Assembly (NCBI GenBank): GCA_965197585.1 | Contig: OZ240215.1 | Location: forward strand, 1,856,001-1,920,000 | Reading direction: 5' to 3' | Length of the DNA: 64,000 nucleotides | Source: Dehalococcoidia bacterium | Lineage (GTDB): Bacteria > Chloroflexota > Dehalococcoidia > Plut-88900 | Shown: piece after piece, positions 27,037-37,499 of the stretch | Layout of the letters: each line of letters begins with the position of its first letter | Position numbering within the stretch: position 1 is the first letter of the stretch | Program-made: the position numbers and the translations under genes | Notes under the pieces: generated by a model | Seen by the model: only the letters and a program-made list of their open reading frames with translations | Databases searched by the model: none | Told to the model about the DNA's origin: nothing

Positions 27037-28074
27037 GTGGCTCAAGTGGCTGGACTAAAGATCGCTCATGGATATCCCATATCACAGACCTACTTGGAAA
27101 GGCTCGCGTCGCTTTCCGGCGTGGAGGTTTTTGACATCGGGGATTTGCTGAAGCAGGAGAAAGAGACTGCTTCTAAACACGGCCCCGACTCCCCGGAAGC
27201 CGGGGCTGCCCGCCAGAAGGTGGACGAGATAATAAAAGACGTCGAGATCTACTACTCCGCCTCCCTGCCCGGCGGCTTGCCCGAGCGTGCTCCCAACCTG
27301 AAGTGGCTCCAGTACGTCTGGGACGGCATAGACCTCGATGTCGGAAAAGACCTCCTGGAATCATCCGTCGTCATTACCAACGCCCGGCAAATGGCTGCTC
27401 TGAACATCGCCGAGTGGGCGCTCATGTGCATATTGATGTTCAAAAAGAAACAACACCAACTCATCGCCGAAAGACGTAACAAGGTATGGAGCAACGACTT
27501 CTACGACCAGATTGAGCTCCGGGGCCAGACTATCGGAGTCGTCGGGCTGGGTGCCATCGGCGGGGACTTGGCCCGCCTCAGTAAAGCCTTCGGCATGACC
27601 GTGCTCGCGACCCGCCGGACCGTGTCCAGCCGTCAGTTCAACGTCGGTGATGTCGACGAAGTCATGCCAGCCTCCGACTTGGACGACCTGTTGCGAAGAA
27701 GCGACTTCACGGCCCTCTGTGTCCCCGGCACGCCGGACACACAGCAACTCATTGGCGATCGGGAGTTGGACCTGATAGGACCCTCTTCCTTTCTGATTAA
27801 TGTCGCCCGTGGCAGTGTGGTCGACGAGGGAGCCCTAATCCGAGCCCTCAAGGGGGGCCGCATAGCTGGCGCGGGCCTGGATGTCTTTGCTACGGAGCCC
27901 CTGCCCCAGGACAGCGAGCTCTGGGAGCTGGACAATGTGATATTAGGCACTCACAAGACCGGCGACGTTATGGGCTACGATGACCGAATCGCCGACCTGT
28001 TCACCAGAAACGTCGAGCGGTATATTAAAGGCGAAGAACTGATCAACCTGGTCGATAAGAAGGCGGGCTACTAG
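27037..28074 (+). CDS. D-2-hydroxyacid dehydrogenase
   Basis: GVVGLGAIG, INVARG and GLDVFATEPL motifs. Confidence 0.92.
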   Translation: MAQVAGLKIAHGYPISQTYLERLASLSGVEVFDIGDLLKQEKETASKHGPDSPEAGAARQKVDEIIKDVEIYYSASLPGGLPERAPNLKWLQYVWDGIDLDVGKDLLESSVVITNARQMAALNIAEWALMCILMFKKKQHQLIAERRNKVWSNDFYDQIELRGQTIGVVGLGAIGGDLARLSKAFGMTVLATRRTVSSRQFNVGDVDEVMPASDLDDLLRRSDFTALCVPGTPDTQQLIGDRELDLIGPSSFLINVARGSVVDEGALIRALKGGRIAGAGLDVFATEPLPQDSELWELDNVILGTHKTGDVMGYDDRIADLFTRNVERYIKGEELINLVDKKAGY

Positions 28075-28100
28075 CGCCCGCATCCCGTGAGGAGAAAATC

Positions 28101-28286
28101 ATGCCGAGAGTAACCATAGAAATGTACCCTGGCAGGACCAAGGCCCAGAAGGCCGAGTTGGCCCGCGTCATCACCGAGGCCATGGTCACCATCGCCAACA
28201 CCCAGGCCCAGGCCGTGGACATCGTCTTCAACGAAGTGTCCCAGGAAAGCTGGTCCTTCGGCGGAGTCCTCGCCTCCGACAGATAA
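28101..28286 (+). CDS. 4-oxalocrotonate tautomerase-family protein
   Basis: 61 aa, Pro-1, GRTKAQK, WSFGG. Confidence 0.9.
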   Translation: MPRVTIEMYPGRTKAQKAELARVITEAMVTIANTQAQAVDIVFNEVSQESWSFGGVLASDR

Positions 28287-28457
28287 CCCACCCACTCCCT
28301 CATTCGCCCTGAGCCCGATGCAAGTGGAACACCCGCCTTTGAAGGGTCCACTTATAGAGGATCGAAGGGCCTCAAGATCGGGCATCTTGTCCCCTCTCCC
28401 TTGATGGGAGAGGGCTAGGGAGAGGGTGATTCCTCACTCCCCCTCGCAGCACACCGG

Positions 28458-28534
<77 letters not shown>

Positions 28535-28642
28535 TGACGCAGTGAACTGCGAACTCCACTGCTCAAGGTGCCCTCAGCGTTGCCCAGAGCTCCTTTCTCA
28601 GCAAAGACATAGTGTAACAAGGCTCGACGTAAGAGACACATC

Positions 28643-28804
28643 ATGCGCGCAAATAAGAAGATCGGTTTAGGAATCGCTCTCGGAGCTGGAGTAGGCGCAG
28701 CCATAGGCTTGGCACTCGGCAACGTCGCCGTCGGTGTGGCAATAGGAGTTGCCGTGGGCGTAGCGCTCAGTGCCGCTTGGGGTCGACGTCGTCACCAAGG
28801 CTAG
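28643..28804 (+). CDS. 53-aa glycine-zipper membrane peptide
   Basis: Hand translation: MRANKKIGLGIALGAGVGAAIGLALGNVAVGVAIGVAVGVALSAAWGRRRHQG. Confidence 0.65.
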   Translation: MRANKKIGLGIALGAGVGAAIGLALGNVAVGVAIGVAVGVALSAAWGRRRHQG

Positions 28805-29214
28805 TGTTAGCATTCCCTGTTCTAAGGCACCCCCACTGAATCCCTATACCAGAACCTTCCACCGGCAAGTTCGCAGTTCGGTACGCCCTGGCCCAACTCA
28901 CAGTCCTATCTGCATGTCGAAGATGGTTCTGTCTTCAGTCAACTCTAGCCCACCATCTGTCCCCATACTTACAGAACCCCGCTGACGGGCCTACTATCCG
29001 CGCGCACGCACAGCTATGAAGAGCAGGATTGTCTAGGCAGCATTGTCCTCAGCTTGGTAAAGCACACAGAGACCCAGACCGAAACAGGTCTTCCCGGCTC
29101 CGACGGTTGAGGCAAACTGCCCTCCGGCGAGAGCGTATAACGCCCGCTCGGCGACGAAGAGTGGCAATAATTGCATCGACTTCATCGGTAGATTCCTAGC
29201 AGAGTTGGCACGAC

Positions 29215-30333
29215 TTGGATAAACTTGGTCGGACAACTGCGCGTAGACAAAGCAAAGGAGACTTCACTAACTTGGACATCATCATACGGACCAAAGCCTG
29301 GTCCGCATCCATATTCTTGATATTGGCATTGACCTTAGTGATGGCCGCGTGTTCAGACTCGGACTCAGGTGAGGATGTTACTGTTCGACCCACAGAGGCA
29401 GTAACACCTACAGAGAGTTCCCTGCCGCCGACAAGCACACCTGCCTCAACCCCCATAGCTACTCTCGAACCGACGGCTGCCCCGGCCATGCCTGAGACTT
29501 ATCCGCTGGAAATAGTTGATATGCTCGGTCGGAGTGTTGAGATTCCGGCCAGACCGGCGCGGATCGTAAGCATTAGCCCAACGGCCACGGAGATACTGTA
29601 CGCCGCCGGCGGAACGGCAGTCGCTCGTGACACAAGCTCCACCTTCCCTGCTGAGGCGTCCGACCTTCCGGAACTCGGTGGAGCCTACTCGCCTAGCTTC
29701 GAAGCAATTGCCGCCCAGAGGTCCGACTTGATACTGATCGAAGCTCTGAGCCAGGCCCGCTTCCTGGAGCCATTGTCGCGACTGGGTCCGCCTGTGGTGG
29801 CTGTTCGTGCAGCTTCGCTCGACGACATAACCACGGGCATCAAGCTCATCGGGCAGATCATCGAAAGCGATGAGATAGCCGAACGGGCAGCAGAGGATCT
29901 TTCGGCACGAGTATCGTCAGCCGTTGAAGGCCTTAGTGATGGTCAAAGCGCCTTGATCCTGATCTCAGACGCCGACAGAAACCTTTACGTCGCAAAGCCA
30001 CAGTCGTATCCCGGCGCCATAGCTTCCTTGTTGAAGCTGTCGAACCCGGCTGCCGATTTGCCCGACAGCGGGACATTCCCGGGTTTCGCTCAGATCTCGG
30101 CAGAGCAATTGCTCACCATGGACCCGGACTACGTGTTTACAATTACACCGGCGCCGGAACCCGCACCACGTCTTTCTGCAACATTGCCCCGCATTCCCGG
30201 CTTCTCCAATCTGCAGGCAATCACAGGCGGCCGGATGCATGAAATCGACCACGTAATCTTCCTGCGCAATCAGGGGCCGCGCATTGCCGAGGCAGTGGAA
30301 GCCATGGCCGAAATTGTAGGAAGCGCCCCATAG
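29215..30333 (+). CDS. Fe-siderophore/cobalamin-type ABC substrate-binding lipoprotein
   Basis: MAAC lipobox, DMLGRSVEIP..P.RIVSISP, QGPR; true start probably further downstream. Confidence 0.88.
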   Translation: MDKLGRTTARRQSKGDFTNLDIIIRTKAWSASIFLILALTLVMAACSDSDSGEDVTVRPTEAVTPTESSLPPTSTPASTPIATLEPTAAPAMPETYPLEIVDMLGRSVEIPARPARIVSISPTATEILYAAGGTAVARDTSSTFPAEASDLPELGGAYSPSFEAIAAQRSDLILIEALSQARFLEPLSRLGPPVVAVRAASLDDITTGIKLIGQIIESDEIAERAAEDLSARVSSAVEGLSDGQSALILISDADRNLYVAKPQSYPGAIASLLKLSNPAADLPDSGTFPGFAQISAEQLLTMDPDYVFTITPAPEPAPRLSATLPRIPGFSNLQAITGGRMHEIDHVIFLRNQGPRIAEAVEAMAEIVGSAP

Positions 30334-31311
30334 TTGCGCCGCCCGGCCCTTGTCCTGACGAGTCTCGGTGTCGCCTTACTCACGGGCTGCATTGTAGGGG
30401 TTGCTTTTGGCACTGCGGACCTGGAAGCCTCTACACTCCTTAAAGCCCTCTTCACCGACAGCGGAGACCCTACCGCCGAGGTGATAGTGCGCTCTCTCCG
30501 CATACCGAGGGTCGTTGCGGCTCTGGTAGTAGGAGCGTGTCTTGGGGCCGCAGGATCGCTGATTCAAAGCGCTACTCGTAATCCCTTGGGAGACCCCCAG
30601 CTATTCGGACTGGGCGGAGGGGCAGCTATAGTCCAGGCTCTAACTTTAGTTGGGGTCCTTGGAACGGGGGCTTGGGGACTAACCTCTCTATCTGTAGTGG
30701 CCGCCCTGATCGGGGCCCTTCTCATATTTGTGTTGTCTTCAAGGGAGAGCGTTACTGCGGCTCGTCTCGCCCTGATCGGTGTATCCATAGGGGCTTTGAC
30801 TCTGGCAGTTGCCGCCGCTATCTTGACTCACGCACGGATCTTCAGCCTGCAAGCCTTGGCTCTGTTCAGCGGCAGCCTGGCCAACCGAAGCTGGGATGAC
30901 GTCATGCCGGCCTTCCCTTTCCTTGCCCTCGGAATCGCACTCGCGGTCCTGGCGGCAGGTCGGCTGAACTTCTTGGTACTAGGCGACCGGCTTGCTGGGC
31001 AATTGGGGGCCAGTCCCAGGAGGACTCGGTTAGTGGCTATGGCCTCCGCCGGGGTACTGGCTGGCACTGCTGTAACCTTGGCCGGTGTGGTCGGTTTCGT
31101 GGGCCTGCTCACCCCGCATGTCGTAAGACTGATGGTGGGCAATGACCCTCGCACCGTTATGGCTGTTTCTGTCCCCGCCGGGGCCCTGGTAGTTCTTTAC
31201 GCAGACCAGATTTCGAGGCTGGCCTTCATGCCCTCCGAAATACCGGTTGGACTGATAACCACAGTATTGGGTGCGCCCCTTATGATATGGGTGGCAAGGA
31301 GGCTGCAGTGA
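30334..31311 (+). CDS. FecCD/BtuC-type ABC permease
   Basis: LRIPR, RNPLGDP, GFVGLLTPH, EIPVG and GAP motifs. Confidence 0.92.
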   Translation: MRRPALVLTSLGVALLTGCIVGVAFGTADLEASTLLKALFTDSGDPTAEVIVRSLRIPRVVAALVVGACLGAAGSLIQSATRNPLGDPQLFGLGGGAAIVQALTLVGVLGTGAWGLTSLSVVAALIGALLIFVLSSRESVTAARLALIGVSIGALTLAVAAAILTHARIFSLQALALFSGSLANRSWDDVMPAFPFLALGIALAVLAAGRLNFLVLGDRLAGQLGASPRRTRLVAMASAGVLAGTAVTLAGVVGFVGLLTPHVVRLMVGNDPRTVMAVSVPAGALVVLYADQISRLAFMPSEIPVGLITTVLGAPLMIWVARRLQ

Positions 31312-31332
31312 GGCTACAACAGGTTCTATAGG

Positions 31333-32037
31333 ATGAAGATCAGCATAGAATTGGATAATGTCTCCTTCTCTTACGGAGAAAAGCCTGTCTTAAGGGAAGT
31401 CTCCGTCTCAGTGGCCATGGGCGAATTCGTTTGTCTGTTGGGGCTTAATGGTGCAGGTAAGACAACTCTGGCACAGCTAATCGCAGGCGAACTGTCGCCT
31501 ACACAGGGCCGAGTCTTCCTGAACTCAGGAGACGCATCCGGCGATCTAACAGGGGTAGGACGGCATATCGCATATCTGCCGCAGGACCTTCAAGACCCTC
31601 CCTTTGTGACCGTGCGGGAACTGGTCTCTCTAGGACGTTTCAGCCCAAAACGCAGCCTCGGATGGAGGGTCAGCGATAAAGACAAACAGGTTGTCCAAGA
31701 GTGCCTAGACAGATGTCTTGCGGAGTCCTTTGCAGACCGCCCTTTTGCCCAGCTCTCAGGAGGCGAAAAACAGCGGGTATGGCTCGCCTTTTGCCTGGCC
31801 CAGCAACGAGAGTTCATTCTGCTGGACGAATCACTGCACAAGATAGATTATTCAACGAGAGACCTCTTCTTCAGAATGCTTGCCAATCTGGCCGAGGACG
31901 GCAAAGGCGTTGTTCTCATAACCCATGACTTGCAGATGGCGGAGCGGCATGGCCGGAGGATGCTGCTGCTGGGTGACGGTGGACTACTGTACGACGGGCC
32001 GCCGGACCAGGTTGTCTACTCACTTCTGGATCGGTAG
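31333..32037 (+). CDS. FepC/BtuD-type ABC ATPase
   Basis: GLNGAGKT, LSGGEKQR, LLDE and THD motifs. Confidence 0.92.
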   Translation: MKISIELDNVSFSYGEKPVLREVSVSVAMGEFVCLLGLNGAGKTTLAQLIAGELSPTQGRVFLNSGDASGDLTGVGRHIAYLPQDLQDPPFVTVRELVSLGRFSPKRSLGWRVSDKDKQVVQECLDRCLAESFADRPFAQLSGGEKQRVWLAFCLAQQREFILLDESLHKIDYSTRDLFFRMLANLAEDGKGVVLITHDLQMAERHGRRMLLLGDGGLLYDGPPDQVVYSLLDR

Positions 32038-32187
32038 CAGACTTTCCTCGGCATGATGCGCCTGCCGAGGCAGGACGGCCCGGCATCTTCACGCCAATGT
32101 GCTTTATTCACGCTCGCAAATCGGTAAAGCCCATGTGATAGCATTAGGCCCATCGAGAGCAAAGCTACCTCATCTGGAGGCAACGTT

Positions 32188-33234
32188 ATGGTCAAGGTGA
32201 ATTTTGGCGTCGGCATGGGCCGCAACGAGAGGATCGACGAAATAGCCGACCTCGCGCGCACCGCCGACGAGATGGGCTTCTCCCACATGACCCTTGTAGA
32301 CGAGCCTTACTTGTCACGGGAAGTGCACATCATGTCGGCCATCGCCGCCGTGAACACCCGCCGTATCCGCATCGGCCAGGCGGTGGTGGACCCGCATACC
32401 TACCACCCCTCGACCATCGCCAACGCTGCCGCCACCCTCAATGAACTGACCGGCGGTCGGGCCTTCCTTGGAATGGGCGCAGGCGGGCCCTTCGGCAAGA
32501 TCATGAAACCCATCCCTCATAAGGAGCTTAGAGAAGCGACCATGTTCGTCAAGAAGTTCCTCGCCGGCGAGGAGGCCGAGTACCAGGGACAGAGGATGAT
32601 TTCGGAGTGGATACGAGGCCCGGTGCCCCTCTACCTCGCCGCCGACGGCCCACGATCGCTTCAACTCGCGGGCGAAGTCGCCGACGGCGTCTACTTCATG
32701 GGCGGGCCTCCGGCCATGGTCAAATGGAAAGTGGATAACATCTACCGCGGCGCCGAAAAAGCCGGCCGAGACCCCTCCAAGATAGACATCTGCGTCCGTT
32801 CCTACATCTACGTCACAGATGACAAGGCAAGCGCTATGAGGGAGCTTTCGGGATTCGTGCCCTTCGGCATGCACGTTCTGGAGCGGAACAAGAAGGAACC
32901 GGCGATAATCAAGCTCTTCGAAGACTTGGACCGCGAGAGCCCGGGAATAGTCGATGAGATGAAGCGGTACGCTGCTGCTCGCGCCGAATTCACCCGAGCC
33001 GACGGATACGATCCCTGGTTTGAGAAGATGGACGCCCCTTACTCTCAGCACATGACCCAGCGCATGATCGATTGTATTCACCTGGTCGGTTCCGTTGAAG
33101 AAATCTGCGAAGGGATCGAGAAGCTGATCGACGCCGGGGTCACCACTGTTTCCACAGCCACCTACACCATCATCGACAAAAAGTGGATGTTGGAGGAAGT
33201 CGGCAGAAAGATAATGCCCCACTTCCGCAGCTAG
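32188..33234 (+). CDS. LLM-class (luciferase-like, Mer-like) flavin/F420-dependent oxidoreductase
   Basis: TRRIRIG, GGRAFLGMGAG and GPRSLQLAGEVADG motifs. Confidence 0.9.
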   Translation: MVKVNFGVGMGRNERIDEIADLARTADEMGFSHMTLVDEPYLSREVHIMSAIAAVNTRRIRIGQAVVDPHTYHPSTIANAAATLNELTGGRAFLGMGAGGPFGKIMKPIPHKELREATMFVKKFLAGEEAEYQGQRMISEWIRGPVPLYLAADGPRSLQLAGEVADGVYFMGGPPAMVKWKVDNIYRGAEKAGRDPSKIDICVRSYIYVTDDKASAMRELSGFVPFGMHVLERNKKEPAIIKLFEDLDRESPGIVDEMKRYAAARAEFTRADGYDPWFEKMDAPYSQHMTQRMIDCIHLVGSVEEICEGIEKLIDAGVTTVSTATYTIIDKKWMLEEVGRKIMPHFRS

Positions 33235-33252
33235 CAGCAGGAGAATCCAAAA

Positions 33253-34056
33253 ATGATTATGCCGAATACGCTTCGTGAAAAACTGGACGCCGGGCAGCCG
33301 ACCATCGGTACTCACTACCTGTCCCCAGACCCGGATATCCCCGAGATAATTGGCGACACCGGCCTCTTCGACTACGCAGAATACGGTGCCGAATACTCCA
33401 ATTTCGATATGCGGCTCCTCTATCACATGGCTCGGGCTGGCCAGGCAGGAAACCTGCCTCTGATGATCAAACTGGATCAGGAGGGTCAGGGATTCTGGGC
33501 ACAGGCCGCGTGGGGCGCAGGATTCAAGGCTATCCTCTTTACTGACATCAGGACTCCGGAAGACGTTGAGACGGCACATCGCCTGATCAGACCTGACACC
33601 CCCGACACCAGAGGCCTCATGGGCGTCAAAATCCGCCGCCCCGCGCTGTCCGGATTCAAGCCTGAACAGTACATGCAGGACCTCGAATCAGTAGTGATCG
33701 TCATCATGATCGAAAAGAACGTCGCCGTCGAGAACATTGATGCGATATTAGACAAGGCGAGAGAAAAAGGTATCGACATGACACAGTGGGGACCGGCTGA
33801 TTTCGGTTTCTCTCGGCGCCAACCCGGACTCATGTATACCGACGAAATACGACCGTTTGAAGAGTTCGTGATCAAGAAATCCATCGAACATGGCGTACCA
33901 CCGCGCATCGAGATCGCAGAACCCGACCAGGCTAAGAGGTACATAGATCTCGGAATTCGCCACTTCTGCATCGGCTGGGACCGATTCATATACCAGGCCG
34001 GCCTGGACCGGATCGGAGAAGGCATCCGAAAAGTCATGCAAGAGTCGAAACTTTAA
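33253..34056 (+). CDS. HpcH/HpaI aldolase-family protein
   Basis: LREKLDAGQPTIG, MIEKNVAVENIDAIL and GPADF motifs. Confidence 0.85.
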   Translation: MIMPNTLREKLDAGQPTIGTHYLSPDPDIPEIIGDTGLFDYAEYGAEYSNFDMRLLYHMARAGQAGNLPLMIKLDQEGQGFWAQAAWGAGFKAILFTDIRTPEDVETAHRLIRPDTPDTRGLMGVKIRRPALSGFKPEQYMQDLESVVIVIMIEKNVAVENIDAILDKAREKGIDMTQWGPADFGFSRRQPGLMYTDEIRPFEEFVIKKSIEHGVPPRIEIAEPDQAKRYIDLGIRHFCIGWDRFIYQAGLDRIGEGIRKVMQESKL

Positions 34057-34189
34057 TTTCGCTCTACCGCGCAGCAACCTGTCGGTCGAAATGGATGGCT
34101 CCAACCGTACCAGATCGCTGGCGTCGAAGGCCTAACCTAGTCCCCACTCCCAACCCAAGCATGCGCCTATAACTCGGGTAGTCCCAGCC

Positions 34190-34687
34190 CTAGTACAAAG
34201 GTCCCGTCCAAATGTAGTCGTTGACCTTCACCTGCCCGTGGCACGCTTGGCATCCCTTCACCCGACCCTCTTCCTCCACCGTCCCGTCCGTCAAAACCTT
34301 TAACCAGAACCAGTCGTTGTGATCCGGGTTGTACCCTGACTTCTTATACATCACCGTGTTAGCCTGAAACTCGCCTTCGGCAGTGTAATTCTCCTTAACG
34401 ATGATGGCTCCGTCAGGCATACGGCCGTTCTTGCTCAAAAGTCCATCGAGCGCGGCAGCATTGAGGTAAGTGGTCAATAGCATCCCGTGGGGCTCTTTCG
34501 CCGAGTACTTCTCCCCGAGATCCGGCCACAACTCCCAATTCTCCTGGTATTCCACTTCCTCCAGATACTCGTTTACCGAATCGGCAGAGGCATCGGGCAG
34601 TTCCGGCTCAGAAGCGGTGCCACACGCTGCCACAGCTGCCAATCCTGCCAGCAGGAAGATTAAGCCTCCAATGTATTGCTTCGTCAT
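34190..34687 (-). CDS. Cytochrome P460-family lipoprotein
   Basis: VAAC lipobox, PDGAIIVKE, MYKK...DWFW and C-terminal CQACH. Confidence 0.82.
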   Translation of the reverse strand: MTKQYIGGLIFLLAGLAAVAACGTASEPELPDASADSVNEYLEEVEYQENWELWPDLGEKYSAKEPHGMLLTTYLNAAALDGLLSKNGRMPDGAIIVKENYTAEGEFQANTVMYKKSGYNPDHNDWFWLKVLTDGTVEEEGRVKGCQACHGQVKVNDYIWTGPLY

Positions 34688-34896
34688 AAATGGGCCTTTG
34701 ATCAGGATCAAGGAAAACAGCTACCCTTTCCGATCGAAGTTTAGCATCCCTCTCCTGACACTTCTCAGTTTCTATAGGGATTGACGCGTGATAAGCTTAA
34801 GTTGTACCGCATAAGAAGGACTCTCGGGAAAACAGATCTGCTGGTGCATGCGCTGCTCAGCTCCCCCATGGCGGTCGATGCAAACCTAACCCTGAT

Positions 34897-35367
34897 ATGT
34901 CTAACAAACGCACACGAATAAGTGGGCTCACAGCATGCGGCATCGTAGTGGCACTCATATTGATCGCCGTCATTGGCTGTGGCAACGGGACAGAGCCCCC
35001 CGACTACACCCCCACCCCCCTCGCCACCCCACTCCCCGCCGCCCCGGGACCCAACCTCTCCAATACAGCCCTCGCTGGCAAGCAGGTATTCAATGCCAAC
35101 TGCTCCAGCTGCCATGGCGCTGATGTCATGGGCTCAGCAACCGGCCCGCCCCTCATCGACAGGATTTACGAACCAGGCCACCACACCGACTTCAGCATTC
35201 GAAGTGCTGTCCGCAATGGCGTGCCGCAGCACCATTGGTGGTTCGGGGATATGCCTCCCGTCGCCAGCGTAACAGACCAGCAAGTTGAACAGCTCATCTG
35301 CTACATCCGAGAACTCCAGCTCGCCAACGGCATCTTCGAAGAGGGCACATATTCATTTACGTGTTGA
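34897..35367 (+). CDS. Monoheme cytochrome c lipoprotein
   Basis: IGC lipobox, CSSCHG, GPPL and HHWWFGDMPP motifs. Confidence 0.88.
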   Translation: MSNKRTRISGLTACGIVVALILIAVIGCGNGTEPPDYTPTPLATPLPAAPGPNLSNTALAGKQVFNANCSSCHGADVMGSATGPPLIDRIYEPGHHTDFSIRSAVRNGVPQHHWWFGDMPPVASVTDQQVEQLICYIRELQLANGIFEEGTYSFTC

Positions 35368-35552
35368 CCACTCCATCCCCGGATGATGCAGTGCCCGCCC
35401 TTAAGATTCTCGTGAGCGCCCTTTTGTCTTAGCCCTACTACTGAGATGCCCCTGCCCCTGTCTTGAAGCATCTCGACATCCGCTTCCCTAGCCCTTAATC
35501 TTCGTATCCTGCTCCAAGACCAACTGCTTAACGCATACAGGGAGATTTACAC

Positions 35553-35924
35553 ATGCAACTCGGCGCCTTTTCGATCAGCCTCGCAGTAAAGAACATCGAG
35601 GCGTCAAAAGCATTCTACGAAAAGTTCGGGTTCGAGGTAGTAGGGGGAGACCAATCCCAGAACTGGCTGATTCTCAGGAATGCCGGTCACACAATAGGCC
35701 TCTTTCAGGGAATGTTCGAAAGCAACATCCTCACCTTTAACCCAGGCTGGGACGCCGAGGCCCACTCCTTGGACTCCTTCACCGACATCCGTGAACTCCA
35801 ACGCCAACTGAAGGAAAAAGGTGTCCAGCTAGTCAGCGAAGCCGATGAAGAGACTACGGGCCCGGCCAGCTTTGTGGCCGTCGACCCCGACGGAAATACC
35901 ATCCTCGTCGACCAACACGTCTGA
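35553..35924 (+). CDS. VOC/glyoxalase-family protein
   Basis: SLAVKNIEASKAFYEKFGF, DPDGN. Confidence 0.9.
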   Translation: MQLGAFSISLAVKNIEASKAFYEKFGFEVVGGDQSQNWLILRNAGHTIGLFQGMFESNILTFNPGWDAEAHSLDSFTDIRELQRQLKEKGVQLVSEADEETTGPASFVAVDPDGNTILVDQHV

Positions 35925-35936
35925 TACCGCCTTCCC

Positions 35937-37493
35937 CTACCCCACCACCCCTTCCTTCCAGTCCTTCAGAATCTCGTGAGCGGCATTGTGACCCGGGGCC
36001 CCGGTAACCGTGCCCCCCGGATGCGTCCCCGCTCCACACAAATACAGGCTCTCAATCGGGGTCCTGTAGTCCGCCCACCCCGAAAATGGCCGATGCTGAA
36101 ACACCTGTCCCGGCACGCACTCGCCGTGGAACATGTGCCCCTGGCTCATGTAGATCCGGTCCTCCAACTCCTTCGGCGACACAAAGAAGTAGTCGTCGAT
36201 AATATCCTTCAGGTTTGGGATGTACTCAGTCATCAGCTCCACACAATGCTTAACGTACCCGTCGCCGATGCTGTCCCAATCGCCGTCCTTCAGGTGATAG
36301 GGCGCCCATTGCCCGTAAACCGTCATGTACTGCTTGCCCGGCGGCGCCATTGACGGGTCCATCGCCGAGTGAATAATCCCGGTCAGATACGGCTCCCTCG
36401 CAGGTTGACCGAACTTGGCCTCGTCCCAGGCCCGCTCTAGGTATTCGACAGTAGGTGCTATCCAAAACAGCCCTTGGTGCTGAGGTCCTGCCCCCCGACC
36501 CGGAAACGCCTTGAACTCCGGCAGCCCGCTCATTGCAAAATGGATGTTGAAAGTCATCCCCTCCGCCGCGATCCCTTCTACCTGGCTTAGGAAATCAGAG
36601 TCCAGGTATTCCGGCTCGACCAACTTCTGAAACGTCCTCTTGGGGTCAGCGTTGGATATCACAACCCTAGCCTCTATCTTCCGTCCATCCTTAAGCTCCA
36701 CCCCCACCGCCCGACCCCTCTTCACACTGATCGAGGCCACCTCTGCATCCATATAAACCTCCGCCCCGAGACTCCGCGCCGCCCCTGCGATGGCCTGCGT
36801 TATCGTTCCCATCCCGCCCGGCACCCGACCCCACGCTGTCCCCGGCTCAGGCCAATAGTGCAGCATCATGTACGCAGACCCCGCCGACATCGGACCCATC
36901 CCTATCCCAGTCATCCCCCTGGGTGCTATCGACGCCTTCACTTCCTCCGACTCGAACCGCGAGTCCAAGAAGTTCTTCATCGAGCCGAACATGATCTCCC
37001 GGAACGCTCTCGACTCCCCTGCCTCCGCAAACCGTGCTTCTACCTCCCCCACCGACAACGGAGGTCGCAGCTCCAACGACGGCTTCATGATCGAAGCAAG
37101 CCTGTCCATCTGCTGCTCTAACTTCAGATAAGCCTGCGCATCCTTCTCAGAGAATTTGGCCACCTCGGCCATGCTCTTCGCCGGGTCCCGCCAGAACTGG
37201 ATGTACCGACCGTCCGGAAAGAGGTGTAGCCGGTGTGGATCGAACGGCACAAGCTCAAACCCGAACTTCTCCAACTCCAGGTCCCGGATGATCTTCGTCT
37301 TCAGCAGCCCACCAATCTGCGCGGCCGTACAGACCTTGTACCCGGGAAATATCTCTTCCGTTACACACGCGCCACCCACCATCGGCCGCCGTTCCAGCAC
37401 GGCAACTTTAAGACCGGCCTTGGCCAAATAGGCCGCGCACACCAGCCCATTGTGCCCTCCCCCGACTACCACCGCATCGTACCGATCAGCCAT
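35937..37493 (-). CDS. Phytoene dehydrogenase-like FAD-dependent oxidoreductase
   Basis: GGGHNGLVCAAYLA, LYLCGAGTHPGGTVTGAPGHNAA. Confidence 0.9.
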   Translation of the reverse strand: MADRYDAVVVGGGHNGLVCAAYLAKAGLKVAVLERRPMVGGACVTEEIFPGYKVCTAAQIGGLLKTKIIRDLELEKFGFELVPFDPHRLHLFPDGRYIQFWRDPAKSMAEVAKFSEKDAQAYLKLEQQMDRLASIMKPSLELRPPLSVGEVEARFAEAGESRAFREIMFGSMKNFLDSRFESEEVKASIAPRGMTGIGMGPMSAGSAYMMLHYWPEPGTAWGRVPGGMGTITQAIAGAARSLGAEVYMDAEVASISVKRGRAVGVELKDGRKIEARVVISNADPKRTFQKLVEPEYLDSDFLSQVEGIAAEGMTFNIHFAMSGLPEFKAFPGRGAGPQHQGLFWIAPTVEYLERAWDEAKFGQPAREPYLTGIIHSAMDPSMAPPGKQYMTVYGQWAPYHLKDGDWDSIGDGYVKHCVELMTEYIPNLKDIIDDYFFVSPKELEDRIYMSQGHMFHGECVPGQVFQHRPFSGWADYRTPIESLYLCGAGTHPGGTVTGAPGHNAAHEILKDWKEGVVG

Positions 37494-37499
37494 GCGCCC

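Noticed and set aside
29033-29236. Cobalamin-riboswitch-like words near the Fe/B12 ABC operon, or a GAGKT-containing ORF
   Set aside because: The motifs are on the wrong strand for the operon and incomplete; the ORF is short with no other support.
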